From: Candidatus Hodarchaeota archaeon | GTDB lineage: Archaea > Asgardarchaeota > Heimdallarchaeia > Hodarchaeales > Hodarchaeaceae | DNA: 64,000 nucleotides | NCBI GenBank assembly: GCA_016840035.1 | Contig: JAEOTC010000076.1 | Location: 9,419 to 73,418 of the forward strand | Reading direction: 5' to 3' | Shown: in pieces, positions 8,755-18,475 of the stretch | How the letters are laid out: each line of letters starts with the position of its first letter | Numbering within the stretch: position 1 is the stretch's first letter | Program-made: the position numbers and the translations under genes | The notes under the pieces: generated by a model | Told to the model about the DNA's origin: nothing | What the model saw: the letters and a program-made list of their open reading frames with translations, nothing else | The model's database searches: none

Positions 8755-10558
8755 CTCTCTCCTTGATGATTTTCTCCAATGTTATCTTTATGTCGATTTG
8801 TCCATTCTCTTGAGTTTTCCACAGTAAAGGGTAGATTTCACCTGTTTTCATCAATTCTTCGTGAGTGCCCTGTTCAATTATCGCCCCACGATTTAAAATA
8901 ATGATTCTATCAACATTTTTTAATGTACTGAGACGTTGAGTTATGAATATAACCGTATGTTTGAGAGGAGAATCCTTTAACATCTTATCGAACGCATCTA
9001 GGAATAGAGCTTCTGTATAGATATCGAGGGATGATGTAGCATCATCTAATATCATTATAGGATTTCGTCGAAGTAGCATCCTAGCAATGGCCAACCTCTG
9101 TTTCTGTCCACCTGAAAGAGTTACACCTCGTTCTCCTACAAGTGTATCAACCCCTTCTGGAAGTGAATTCACAAATTCAGATAGTTGAGTAATAGCTAAA
9201 ACCTTGTTAAGCTCCTCAGATGGAATATCACCGAGTTCAAATGATAAGTTCTCTGCTATAGTCCTACCAAAGAGAAATGGCTCTTGATGTACAAAACCGA
9301 CTTGTTTTCTCCAGGTAGATAAATCAAGATCCTGTATATCATAGCTATTTTCTGCATACCGAATAGTTACCTTCCCGGAGGTTACATCTTGGAACCTGGG
9401 TATCAAGGAAATAAGCGTACTCTTCCCTGATCCAGTTGATCCTAATAAAGCAATTTTCTCTCCTGATCTAATTGTTAAAGATATATTGGAGAGTATCGGA
9501 CGTTCTGTGAATTTGAAACTTACTCGATCAAAACACACATCAGGAGTTTCATTTGCAGGAACACCATATCCTAGCATTTCTTGCTCTGTAAATGAACTAT
9601 CGTCAATTAAAGAGAACACTCGGTTTCCTGCTGCTACTACACGCTGATAAGTGATTAAAGAAAATGCTAAAAACCGTGTAGGAAGAGCTAGCATCGTAAA
9701 ATAAGTAAAAAGTGAAATAAGTATACCAACTGTTATTCGTTCTTGAATAGCTGCTGCTCCTCCTGCATAGATGAGAATTGTTACTAAGAGATTAACAACC
9801 AACACTATTGATGGAAGGAAGAGAGATCTGATCTTAAAAGCATATGCTCTGAGCTCCATATAGCCTTGATTCTGTTCGTCAAACTTTCTTTTTTCACGAG
9901 TTTCAGCACGGAAAGCTCTGACAATTTGCGCACCTGAGATATTTTCAGTGATTACTGCGGTTAATTCGCCATATTTTTCTCTCAACTCAAAGAATAGAGG
10001 CCCTAGGATCCTCGAAATCCAATATGAAAGGAGTAGAAGACTTGGGGTTACAATAGCTACTAGAATAAACAGTATAGGGTCAATAGATAAAAGTATGAGA
10101 TAAATTCCGGTATAAGTCAAAAATGCCTGTAATAAAATACGTTCTCCCCATACTAGGAATTCTCCGATTGGCTCGAGATCTGTTGTTGCACGCGACATAA
10201 GATCACCTGTCCTATGTCGATCGAAGAATCTCATAGAAGATGTTTCATATTTGATAAAAAGATCTGTTCGAATTTTTCGTATTATTGCTTCTCCCTGTAA
10301 GTACCCTGAGTATCTACCTAAGAAATGGGAAAGATTTCTGATAAGACTGGCAATGACAATTAATCCGACCCCCGAAAGGACTAATGAGGCCTTAAAATCA
10401 CCAGTTTCTAGTGATACCAAGATATTGTCAATGGTTAATCCGATTAATAATGGAATGGCTAGCTCGGCTATCTGAGAAATAAGAATTGACACTATCACAA
10501 TAGTGGCAAGAGCTTTTTGTGTAAGCACATAGGAGAAGAGCTTTTTTAAGACATTCAC
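8747..10558 (-). CDS. ABC exporter, fused permease/ATPase half-transporter (partner of 6970..8754)
   Basis: Walker A GSTGSGKST, signature LSGGQKQR, Walker B IMILDDATS. It overlaps the downstream partner by 8 nt, suggesting a heterodimer operon. Confidence 0.9.
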   Translation of the reverse strand: MNVLKKLFSYVLTQKALATIVIVSILISQIAELAIPLLIGLTIDNILVSLETGDFKASLVLSGVGLIVIASLIRNLSHFLGRYSGYLQGEAIIRKIRTDLFIKYETSSMRFFDRHRTGDLMSRATTDLEPIGEFLVWGERILLQAFLTYTGIYLILLSIDPILFILVAIVTPSLLLLSYWISRILGPLFFELREKYGELTAVITENISGAQIVRAFRAETREKRKFDEQNQGYMELRAYAFKIRSLFLPSIVLVVNLLVTILIYAGGAAAIQERITVGILISLFTYFTMLALPTRFLAFSLITYQRVVAAGNRVFSLIDDSSFTEQEMLGYGVPANETPDVCFDRVSFKFTERPILSNISLTIRSGEKIALLGSTGSGKSTLISLIPRFQDVTSGKVTIRYAENSYDIQDLDLSTWRKQVGFVHQEPFLFGRTIAENLSFELGDIPSEELNKVLAITQLSEFVNSLPEGVDTLVGERGVTLSGGQKQRLAIARMLLRRNPIMILDDATSSLDIYTEALFLDAFDKMLKDSPLKHTVIFITQRLSTLKNVDRIIILNRGAIIEQGTHEELMKTGEIYPLLWKTQENGQIDIKITLEKIIKERDE

Positions 10559-10601
10559 TAAAGAATGGCACCTCTAGGTATTCGAGTGATTAAAGAAGAT
10601 T

Positions 10602-11495
10602 TTATGCTGTAGATTCGTCAATTTTCTCCTCAAAAAACCCGAGCATATCACTTTTTAAATCAAAAATGATATATGGATTAGCTACAATCAGATTGAGCTG
10701 AAATAGCGACCTGGTTTTCATAAACCAGCTGATCTCGGTCACAACACGCGCACTGAACTCTTTGGATGTGGCTTCCAACGCATTTCTCACCTGAGTAAAG
10801 GAATATTTATCGGCACTTACATTGACCTCTAAAGGATATAGAAAGTATTTCTGGTCATCCTGATTAGCAAATTTTGTTCTCATTCCTTTCAGGATATCAA
10901 CAACGTCATCAACACTATCGAATTTATCACCTTCATGATCTTTCCATGTTATTGTACCTTTATCTATTGATTCTGATGGGATTCTTATTTCTGTATTCTT
11001 GATCATTGTTCCTAGGAGCTTTTGATTGGTAATTAGCATATGAACACCCTCTGGAGTGAGAATGCTTGTATAATTGATTGAAATTTCTTCCACAATTCCC
11101 TCTGTTTTAAAGTTTGGAAGAATTACGTAATCTCCTACACTAAAGGGATTGGTTATTAGTAAATACAATCCACTAATGAAATTCCCAATTGTGTCCTTTG
11201 AGGCAAAGCCAATAGCTGTTCCGAGTAATGCAGCTGCTCCAACGAATAATTCATTCCCACCTAACCATAACAATCCTAGGAGTAATATAGTAACTCGTCC
11301 TAGTATTTTAAGTGCGTTATGTTGAGTGGGAGTTAACTTTGACTTTGCTCTATCCAGTAAAATGCCCCAAAGAAGCCAGAAAAAAAGAATGATAATTATT
11401 CTGAAAATCACAAACTCCAGAATTGGGCGGGAATCGCTCAAGAATTCATAAATATAATCTAGGGTCTGAATAAGAGGATCTTGTAATACTGTCAT
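10602..11495 (-). CDS. MscS-family mechanosensitive channel
   Basis: Three TM helices followed by ..IGNFISGLYLLITNPFSVGDYVIL.. (MscS pore and beta-domain junction motif). Confidence 0.8.
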   Translation of the reverse strand: MTVLQDPLIQTLDYIYEFLSDSRPILEFVIFRIIIILFFWLLWGILLDRAKSKLTPTQHNALKILGRVTILLLGLLWLGGNELFVGAAALLGTAIGFASKDTIGNFISGLYLLITNPFSVGDYVILPNFKTEGIVEEISINYTSILTPEGVHMLITNQKLLGTMIKNTEIRIPSESIDKGTITWKDHEGDKFDSVDDVVDILKGMRTKFANQDDQKYFLYPLEVNVSADKYSFTQVRNALEATSKEFSARVVTEISWFMKTRSLFQLNLIVANPYIIFDLKSDMLGFFEEKIDESTA

Positions 11496-11656
11496 GTAAA
11501 TCACTTCTAATGACAAACGGATTTTTTATTTTTAATTATCTTACCTCTCCAATTCTCCCCTTCAGGATATTTGCGAAATCTTTTGATTCAGAGACACAAA
11601 GGAAATTTCTTAGGGGTCTCAGAAATATGTTCAGAACTTCTTTTAGAAACCAGATC

Positions 11657-12787
11657 CTATCCTTTGAATATCGATATAGATCCTGTAGTGGTTTCGAGAT
11701 TAGTAATATACTTTAAACTCGCTATACTAAAATTTGGACTAAAATATGGCAGATTAATTGATTCTGAAAACCCAGAAATAATTGTTTGTCCAGTAGTAAC
11801 CTGTGAATTCAGATAATATCCGATATCTCCTGAATCGTTGAAATTAAAGTTATAGTTGATCTGCCCCGTAACTGCTGCAAGATCCAAGTGATATGTTGAA
11901 TTATGTTGAGGAATAACTACCTGATCGAAATGTGCATAGATACTACCTGAAACAGTTTCAATATTCCAATATATGTCATTATCGCAGATTAAATTATTAA
12001 ACTGAGTATCAATATTTCCTGTGACGGTTTTTAGACTGTTCTTTGGATTCATGCCAGGAAAATAAGTATCTTCTAACGACGCATATATACTACCTGTTGT
12101 AGTTTCGAGAGAGAGCTTTTCTATTTTGTTATTTCCTCCCGCTTGAAAACCAATTCCCCCAGTTATCACCTGCACATCAAAAGACGCTACTAATAAAGTT
12201 GAAACTTGAATAAAGATATCATAGTTAAAATGATCATTTGAATAGTCATTAAAGGAGTCAAACATGAATAAGGTCCGATTTCCAAATTCTTGTGTTTCAA
12301 ACATATTTGCATCACCAATCGACTTGCCAGAAGGACCAAATACTTCTAATTCAATGAAAATAAGAGGTTCTGATTGGTTTTCTACAAAATCTATCTGGAT
12401 ATAACCAACGGAGTTATCAATAATGAACTCAACTTCAGTCATATTTGGGAGGTCAAGTCTCTCATACAGTGCAAAAGTACCTCCTAGATGTTCGTATGAC
12501 ATATCATTTGATATTAGAGCAACAAAAAGAGCTCCAGAAAGAGCAAGAATGACTACTATCGCCATAAATCCAAAAAAAACAGGTTTTCGTGAAGATGCAT
12601 GTCTATAGGGGGAGGAATAAAACTGAGGAGGGGAGGATGATTTACTATGTTTGTGTCTTCCCGAGATAACATTTCTTTCATGAAGATTTTTCGAACTGAA
12701 TGCAGGGAGTTTAGCACCACATTGTTCACAAAAAACTGAATCTACAGAGAGAATCTCAGAACCACAATTACTACAGTATTGAGTCAA
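11657..12787 (-). CDS. Zinc-ribbon / single-TM / DUF4097-like repetitive beta-domain protein
   Basis: N-terminal CSNCGS..(12 aa)..CEQCGA. One TM helix (VFFGFMAIVVILALSGALFVALI). The C-terminal domain carries a recurring [TV][TS]G[SNQ]I motif (TTGSIYASL, VTGNIDTQF, VSGSIYAHF, VTGQINYNF, TTGSISIF). Confidence 0.7.
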   Translation of the reverse strand: MTQYCSNCGSEILSVDSVFCEQCGAKLPAFSSKNLHERNVISGRHKHSKSSSPPQFYSSPYRHASSRKPVFFGFMAIVVILALSGALFVALISNDMSYEHLGGTFALYERLDLPNMTEVEFIIDNSVGYIQIDFVENQSEPLIFIELEVFGPSGKSIGDANMFETQEFGNRTLFMFDSFNDYSNDHFNYDIFIQVSTLLVASFDVQVITGGIGFQAGGNNKIEKLSLETTTGSIYASLEDTYFPGMNPKNSLKTVTGNIDTQFNNLICDNDIYWNIETVSGSIYAHFDQVVIPQHNSTYHLDLAAVTGQINYNFNFNDSGDIGYYLNSQVTTGQTIISGFSESINLPYFSPNFSIASLKYITNLETTTGSISIFKG

Positions 12788-12939
12788 GGTCTCATACCAC
12801 GCCTAATATTACATTGTAAATTGATTTTATAATAGGCCAGATAGGGGAGGAAAAAATGGTGTATAAATTCCAGAAAATTCCCAAAGCCAAATGAACAATA
12901 TTTAATCTTGTATAACTCTTAAGAGGATTCGTTTATCAA

Positions 12940-13863
12940 TCATCTAGAGGGGGAGAGATCATTCAAAGGATTGATTTCCCGTCTAAGAATGAATAATGCG
13001 ATAAGAATACCAAGTAAACCAAAAATTTTGTTGAAAGATTGAATGGATAGTTCTCCGGCCACTTGGAAGATTAATTCCTCATAAAATACAAAATATGCGC
13101 CAATAAAGGCAATAGTGACTGATAGGGCATTTGTAATCGGTGATACTATAGATAAACGTCCCCGCTCAAATGCTAATTGTTGAGCGATTGTTGCAAAACC
13201 GTAAGTGACAATAAGCATACACAAAGAGTAAATGATTAATCCATTCCTCGAAAGTATTCCTTGGAAATCATTATTAAGCCCGATTAATAAGCTTTTTGTG
13301 AAAAAAGTCCCCACTCCAAAAAACGATCCAGCAAAGATTGGCAGTATAAATTCTGCTGGTCCCCCTGTTTTTGTCACAAAGAGTATAATTATCATCATTA
13401 CGATAAGTCCAATGGTTACGGGGAATAATAATAATAGTAGAGGTTCGTTAATTTCGCTATTTGACTCAATACTAGGGGTCAAAGCAATCAGAAGAATGCC
13501 TATTATTAGTGTTCCAACCCCTACCCATTCAATGACTGATAACCGTTCCTTAAATACAACTGCAGCAAATATAAATGTAAATAATAAATTAGTATTTACC
13601 AACGGTTTAACAATGGATACATCATAAATACTTAGCGCAACAGTATAAACAATAAAACCTGTTAACGCTGCTATTCCCCCAATAAACCACATACGTGTGG
13701 TGAGTAAATTCCACGCAGCTGGAAGAACATCTCGAAAGAAATCATTTAGTTTAATCCCTCCAGATCTGAAAATACCGATTTTCATAATGATTGCAGAACC
13801 CCCCGAAATAATTCCATATATGAGCATGAAAACCAATACACCAATATTATTATCCAACGGCAT
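12940..13863 (-). CDS. DMT/EamA-like integral membrane protein
   Basis: About 10 hydrophobic helices in two similar halves. No soluble domain. Confidence 0.7.
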   Translation of the reverse strand: MPLDNNIGVLVFMLIYGIISGGSAIIMKIGIFRSGGIKLNDFFRDVLPAAWNLLTTRMWFIGGIAALTGFIVYTVALSIYDVSIVKPLVNTNLLFTFIFAAVVFKERLSVIEWVGVGTLIIGILLIALTPSIESNSEINEPLLLLLFPVTIGLIVMMIIILFVTKTGGPAEFILPIFAGSFFGVGTFFTKSLLIGLNNDFQGILSRNGLIIYSLCMLIVTYGFATIAQQLAFERGRLSIVSPITNALSVTIAFIGAYFVFYEELIFQVAGELSIQSFNKIFGLLGILIALFILRREINPLNDLSPSR

Positions 13864-13919
13864 ACGTATACCTCTCTGTAAATTTTTCTTCAGGGGTAAT
13901 TAGGGGGAGGATTATACCT

Positions 13920-14609
13920 TTATTCTTCTTCTTCCATACGAATTTCGGATAATTCCTTAATTTCGTCCTGAAATGGATTCGAACCATCTTCTTGAAGTAT
14001 TTCAGGGTTTTGTGTTAAGTAGGAAAGCTCATCGGGGGATAATTCCACAGGAGAATCAACAGAATTAGTTTGTTGTTCAGATTCAGTCGACTCCTCTAAG
14101 GAAGGGGAAGAGGAGGATTCTTCGTTCACATTTTCTTGGATTTCTTCTTCGGTCTTTTCTTCACCAAGAGTGAGATAGCGTAATTCCTGGGAAGAAAGCT
14201 GATGCGAAGTATCTTGCATAATCGGTTGTGGCAAATTTGTTATAGCACCAGGTTCATGAACCGCAGGTTCCTTTCGTGTCTTACCTGTAATTGATTCATA
14301 GGTTTCTTGGTCAACATAAGAAATTGTGGTCTCGTGAGTAATTCGATCATCTAATAAATCATTGTCTAATTCGATGTGAATAAAGAGTTTGCCATAATCC
14401 CGTAGAGGAATAACTGGTACGTGAACTTCCAAAAAATCACGATTAGAAGCCCCAGTATATTGGCTACGTACATGTTTTGTCTCATCTAAAATTTTCACGC
14501 GATATTTAGTAAGCCCTTCATTTAATTTGCAGCGAATGTAAAAAGGAATGGGGATATTCATAACAGAAAATTCGTCACCTGCATCATCTACAATTTCTAT
14601 TATTTTCAT
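13920..14609 (-). CDS. Hypothetical protein: beta-rich N-terminal domain plus acidic disordered tail
   Basis: 229-aa ORF with clean ATG. The C-terminal ~110 aa are E/S/Q-rich and carry a duplicated LS..EL.YLT motif. Confidence 0.55.
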   Translation of the reverse strand: MKIIEIVDDAGDEFSVMNIPIPFYIRCKLNEGLTKYRVKILDETKHVRSQYTGASNRDFLEVHVPVIPLRDYGKLFIHIELDNDLLDDRITHETTISYVDQETYESITGKTRKEPAVHEPGAITNLPQPIMQDTSHQLSSQELRYLTLGEEKTEEEIQENVNEESSSSPSLEESTESEQQTNSVDSPVELSPDELSYLTQNPEILQEDGSNPFQDEIKELSEIRMEEEE

Positions 14610-15258
14610 TCTTTTTTACCAGCTGGAACGGTAAGGATTTAGTGTTTCGTCTAAAATTTGTAGAGTAATATTTCAGAGATAAATATTAGCCTTTCAATTT
14701 TTTAATCATCTGATGGTGTAACTAGATTCTTTAGTAATGCCTTTTTACTTATATTCGATTTATTTCCTAATATTACACCAATTAGGGGAGATCAGTGGAA
14801 TATTTTTCATTCATTAAATAAAACCGAGAATGATCTGAATTCAATCGACCATCATCAAAAATGAAGTCGATAAAAAGCAGATTTCCTAATGAAATCTCAA
14901 AAGTAGTAATGTCTTGAAGTAATGGAGAATAGGAAGAAGGAGATGCCAAGTTATCTCCTTCATTCCAGAATGGGTTTGTTTTTGTTGAATTATGGGCAGA
15001 TAATTCGGATATATCTACTTCACTATAGTTTATTCTCAGTCTAAATACGTACTCTTTCGATCTTCAGATGTGGAAATTGAATACTTCAAGGTTAGAAGAT
15101 TATTAATTCATCTTTAGATTTCCTAATAATGGAATTCTGCTAAAAAAACAAACTTTCTGACTACCTGACTCCGTCATTCTCTTCATCTGTACATCATAAT
15201 CAGTAATATATAAATGTATAAAACCAAGAGTTGTTATCAAAAGACTAAGTGAGAAGTT

Positions 15259-17001
15259 ATGGTTCCGAGATTGAATAATGTAATCTCTAGAGGTTTTACT
15301 GCTTATCCAACTAGATTAAAAACCGTCTTAGTAATAATATTTCTTTGTTTCAATATTAGTCTTTTTTTTGGTACTTTTTCAGGAAATGTTGGTATGGTTG
15401 AAAGTACTGATGTACTCTCCAGCATAAATATGTCATCTAGTGTATCTGATTCTGTCAATCTCACCATTTTACACATCAATGATCTTCATGGATGGCTTAA
15501 TCCACGTGATGGCATTGGAGGAGTTGCTTCGTATATGGGATACTTCCAACAGGAAGGATTTGACCCCAATGAAGAGAATTCCTCATTTTTACTTCTCTCA
15601 GGAGGAGATCAAAATACTGGTCCTGCAACCGCGACTTTAAGCAAAGGTGAAGCAGTAATTGACGTAATGAATGCCATGGGATTTGATGCGGCTTGTATTG
15701 GTAATCATGAATTTGACTACGGCGTAGAATGGATATATAAACGAAAAACTCAAGCTAATTTTCCCATTCTTTCCTCCAATATTTATAATGTGGGTACCAT
15801 GGATTTAGCGAACTTTTCCGTTCCTTGGACTCTTCAAAACCATTCAGGAGTCAATGTGGGGATCATTGGACTCACAACTCAATCAACCTATACTTCTGCC
15901 CATCCAAAAGTAACGAGTAACTTCGATTTTGGAGATTATGAAGCCGCATTAAGAGCTCATATACCTGTTATGCGTGCGGCAGGAGCAGAACTGGTCATTG
16001 TACTCGCTCATTGCACTCCCAGTGAGTTATCCTCCTTAGCCTCTGACGTCTCTGATCTTGATATCAGTGTTTTCTTAGGTGGTCATGGTGGAACTGCAAC
16101 TGTTACAGATGTAGGAGAATCAATTGTTGCAATGGCTGCTCATAAATCCAGACAGTATGTTAAGATCGAATTATCAGTCAACCGCAGTACAGGAGAAGTT
16201 TTTGCTAGCACAGGGGAGCTTATTGATAATACCGATGGGGGCGTAACTCCTGATACTGGCATTCAGACAACTGTGGATCAATGGGATGCTCAAATAAACG
16301 CAGGTGAAATTATTACTTACACCAGTGAAGATATTTATGACTCTTCAACAAATTCTGGTATAAGTGCACTTGTAACTGATGCATTCATTCATTATTTTAA
16401 TTATACATACAATTTTGGGATAACAAATCGTGGAGGGGGATTTCGGGATTATTTCAGGCAAGGAAATATTTCTATTGCCGATATAGTGTCAGTTATTCCT
16501 TTTGAAAATAACTTAATGATCTTTAATATCACAGGTGAAGATCTAGCACAATATACTTACTTCTCTGGGTATGCCCGTTCTGGATTGAAACAGATTGGGG
16601 ATGATTATTATATTCAGGAGAATGGAGTATTCACCCCTCTAGATCCTTCAAAGAATTATACGGGAATTATCTGCGATTATCCTTGGTATGTCAATTATCA
16701 AAGTGTCTTTAATGCATCTGATACTGGAATACATTATCGTGATACTGTATTTTCATACTTCAGAGAATTAGATGATCTCGCATTGCATGAAAGTGAAAAT
16801 CGGACCTTATTCCCGCTATATAATCCTCCGAGCACGAGTACTACTGATACGACTTCCCAGGAATCCACCGAAAATACTAGCTCTACAAATCCAACAACCA
16901 CAAATACTACTTCTGCAGGTTCTACAGGAGTGGATAATGCTTTACTGTTGATTATAGTGTCTCTATTCATATTTTCGCGAAAAATGACAAAAAAGAATTG
17001 A
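15259..17001 (+). CDS. Secreted, membrane-anchored 5'-nucleotidase / metallophosphoesterase (UshA-like)
   Basis: Signal/TM helix at the N-terminus. Calcineurin-like motifs ILHINDLHG and GNHEFDYG, followed by a 5'-nucleotidase C-terminal-type domain. Ends in a Thr/Ser-rich stalk plus a C-terminal TM helix and basic tail. Confidence 0.85.
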   Translation: MVPRLNNVISRGFTAYPTRLKTVLVIIFLCFNISLFFGTFSGNVGMVESTDVLSSINMSSSVSDSVNLTILHINDLHGWLNPRDGIGGVASYMGYFQQEGFDPNEENSSFLLLSGGDQNTGPATATLSKGEAVIDVMNAMGFDAACIGNHEFDYGVEWIYKRKTQANFPILSSNIYNVGTMDLANFSVPWTLQNHSGVNVGIIGLTTQSTYTSAHPKVTSNFDFGDYEAALRAHIPVMRAAGAELVIVLAHCTPSELSSLASDVSDLDISVFLGGHGGTATVTDVGESIVAMAAHKSRQYVKIELSVNRSTGEVFASTGELIDNTDGGVTPDTGIQTTVDQWDAQINAGEIITYTSEDIYDSSTNSGISALVTDAFIHYFNYTYNFGITNRGGGFRDYFRQGNISIADIVSVIPFENNLMIFNITGEDLAQYTYFSGYARSGLKQIGDDYYIQENGVFTPLDPSKNYTGIICDYPWYVNYQSVFNASDTGIHYRDTVFSYFRELDDLALHESENRTLFPLYNPPSTSTTDTTSQESTENTSSTNPTTTNTTSAGSTGVDNALLLIIVSLFIFSRKMTKKN

Positions 17002-17023
17002 AAAATTCTGTAGATATTCAATA

Positions 17024-17494
17024 TTACGATTCTGGTCTTAGTCGTTTGGAAAAGTAGCAGACTTCTTCCCAGTTTTCATATCCATTACTCTCAAAACAAT
17101 GCTTACTCGTAATATTATCCTTAAAAATCAATGCACCAAAGACTTCGATCCTTTTTTCGGTAAGTAGATATTCCTCTGCAGCTAATAACAATTCTTTCCC
17201 TATCCCCTGGTTTTGATCAGCTGGATTTACGGCTAATCTATTAATCCAGCCTTTACGTTCATCGTGAGATACTAATACGACACCTATCAAACGATTATTC
17301 TCATACTTTCCAAGTAATATTACATTCCCAGTCTTTAATTGGTCTTTCATGAGATCAGGATGATCACGTCCATCCACCCGGGGATTCAATCCGACTTTTT
17401 CCCATAATTCTAGCACATCAGAATAATGAGCGAGTGAAAGTTTCTGAATCACGTAATCCGCCTTCTGTACTATATTTCTTTGAAAGAATTCCAT
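17024..17494 (-). CDS. GNAT N-acetyltransferase
   Basis: Acetyl-CoA-binding motif RLAVNPADQNQGIGKELL. Confidence 0.85.
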   Translation of the reverse strand: MEFFQRNIVQKADYVIQKLSLAHYSDVLELWEKVGLNPRVDGRDHPDLMKDQLKTGNVILLGKYENNRLIGVVLVSHDERKGWINRLAVNPADQNQGIGKELLLAAEEYLLTEKRIEVFGALIFKDNITSKHCFESNGYENWEEVCYFSKRLRPES

Positions 17495-18264
17495 TTAGAC
17501 ATAAAATCGGTAGCTTTTTCCAGATCAATAGGTGAATGTAGATTTGAAGTGTCGTATTTTAAGGAACTTCCTATAATTACACCTGAAATATGAGGAAATA
17601 CTGTATCAACATTTTCTACAGTTACCCCGCTTCCTAGTATTGGTTTATACTTGGTTTTGTCCACGAATTGGGTCAATGAATCGAGTGAAAGAAGTGATCC
17701 AGTTTCTCTTCCAGACAATATAACAGCATCAGCACCTCCGCGGGATAACGCGTTTCTTGTAGCTTCCTCTAAAGAGAATTGGCCTAGTGGAGTAGCGTGT
17801 TTTACTCCAACATCTGCTAATATGAGCACCCCAGAGTTAAGTAACTGTTTTTCACGAACCACTTCTTCAGCTAATCCCTCAATAATTCCCTGATCAGTGA
17901 CATAAGCTCCTTCCCAGATATTACAGCGTATAAAACTCGCAGAATTCATAGTTGCGATAGTTAATGCTTGTAAACAAGCATTTCGAAGGATATTCACCCC
18001 AACAGCGATTGCAGGTACCGCATCAATTATTTTAGTGACGATTTTACTCATTAATAGGAATTTAGAATCAGAAATTCGTGTTTTAGCAAAAGGGATGTCA
18101 TGAAAATTTTCTATAAGTATGGCATCAAATCCTGCCTGCTTCAAAGTAAGTGCATCCGCAAGACTGATACTGAAGGCTTCATCAAATTTGAAATCAGGAG
18201 AATAAGAACTTTCAAAGGAAGGAAGATGTATCATTCCAATTGCTGGTTTAGCTTCAAGATCCAA
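17470..18264 (-). CDS. BtpA/SgcQ-family TIM-barrel protein
   Basis: IGMIHLPS.. and ..ILIENFHDIPF.. match the BtpA family pattern as I remember it. Confidence 0.75.
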   Translation of the reverse strand: MDLEAKPAIGMIHLPSFESSYSPDFKFDEAFSISLADALTLKQAGFDAILIENFHDIPFAKTRISDSKFLLMSKIVTKIIDAVPAIAVGVNILRNACLQALTIATMNSASFIRCNIWEGAYVTDQGIIEGLAEEVVREKQLLNSGVLILADVGVKHATPLGQFSLEEATRNALSRGGADAVILSGRETGSLLSLDSLTQFVDKTKYKPILGSGVTVENVDTVFPHISGVIIGSSLKYDTSNLHSPIDLEKATDFMSKWNSFKEI

Positions 18265-18408
18265 TGGATGGTTAGGTACTGGTAATCACTTCACTTCCAA
18301 AAAATTTTATCATGTGAACAATAGCATAGATATTCTTAAGTTCCCCTCCACTAACAATCCTGCTCGAGAAGTTTAATTTTTCACGAATCATTTCCCTCTT
18401 TTTGAATG

Positions 18409-18475
18409 TGATGACGGTTTTACCGGCTGAACTAAATAGTTTACTATTTAGAGATGATGAGTACTGGCAACCTGA
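18409..18475 (+). ncRNA. Candidate C/D-box sRNA (2'-O-methylation guide) with an internal D'-C' hairpin
   Basis: C box GTGATGA (18409..18415), then 11 nt, then D' CTGA (18427..18430). A 23-nt spacer follows, containing a perfect 9-bp inverted repeat (18432..18440 / 18443..18451). Then C' (A)TGATGA (18454..18460), 11 nt, and D CTGA (18472..18475). A TATA-like TTTAATTTTT sits at 18373..18382, about 27 nt upstream. Confidence 0.55.

Noticed and set aside
13232-13627. Long antisense ORFs inside well-supported genes: 13232..13627 (131 aa), 24792..25220 (142 aa), 50843..51280 (145 aa), 34793..35191 (132 aa), 41126..41434 (102 aa), 49162..49473 (103 aa).
   Set aside because: Each lies fully inside, and antisense to, a gene with clear family motifs. 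Their translations are low-complexity or odd in composition with no recognisable motif. Most likely they are shadow ORFs. Overlapping genes cannot be excluded without expression data.
13920-14250. Eukaryote-style short linear motifs in the acidic tail of 13920..14609 (YLTL as YxxPhi, NPF in DGSNPFQDE, acidic clusters).
   Set aside because: Three- to four-residue motifs occur by chance at high frequency in disordered acidic sequence. Nothing in the window (no EH or adaptor mu-homology domain proteins) supports a functional reading.
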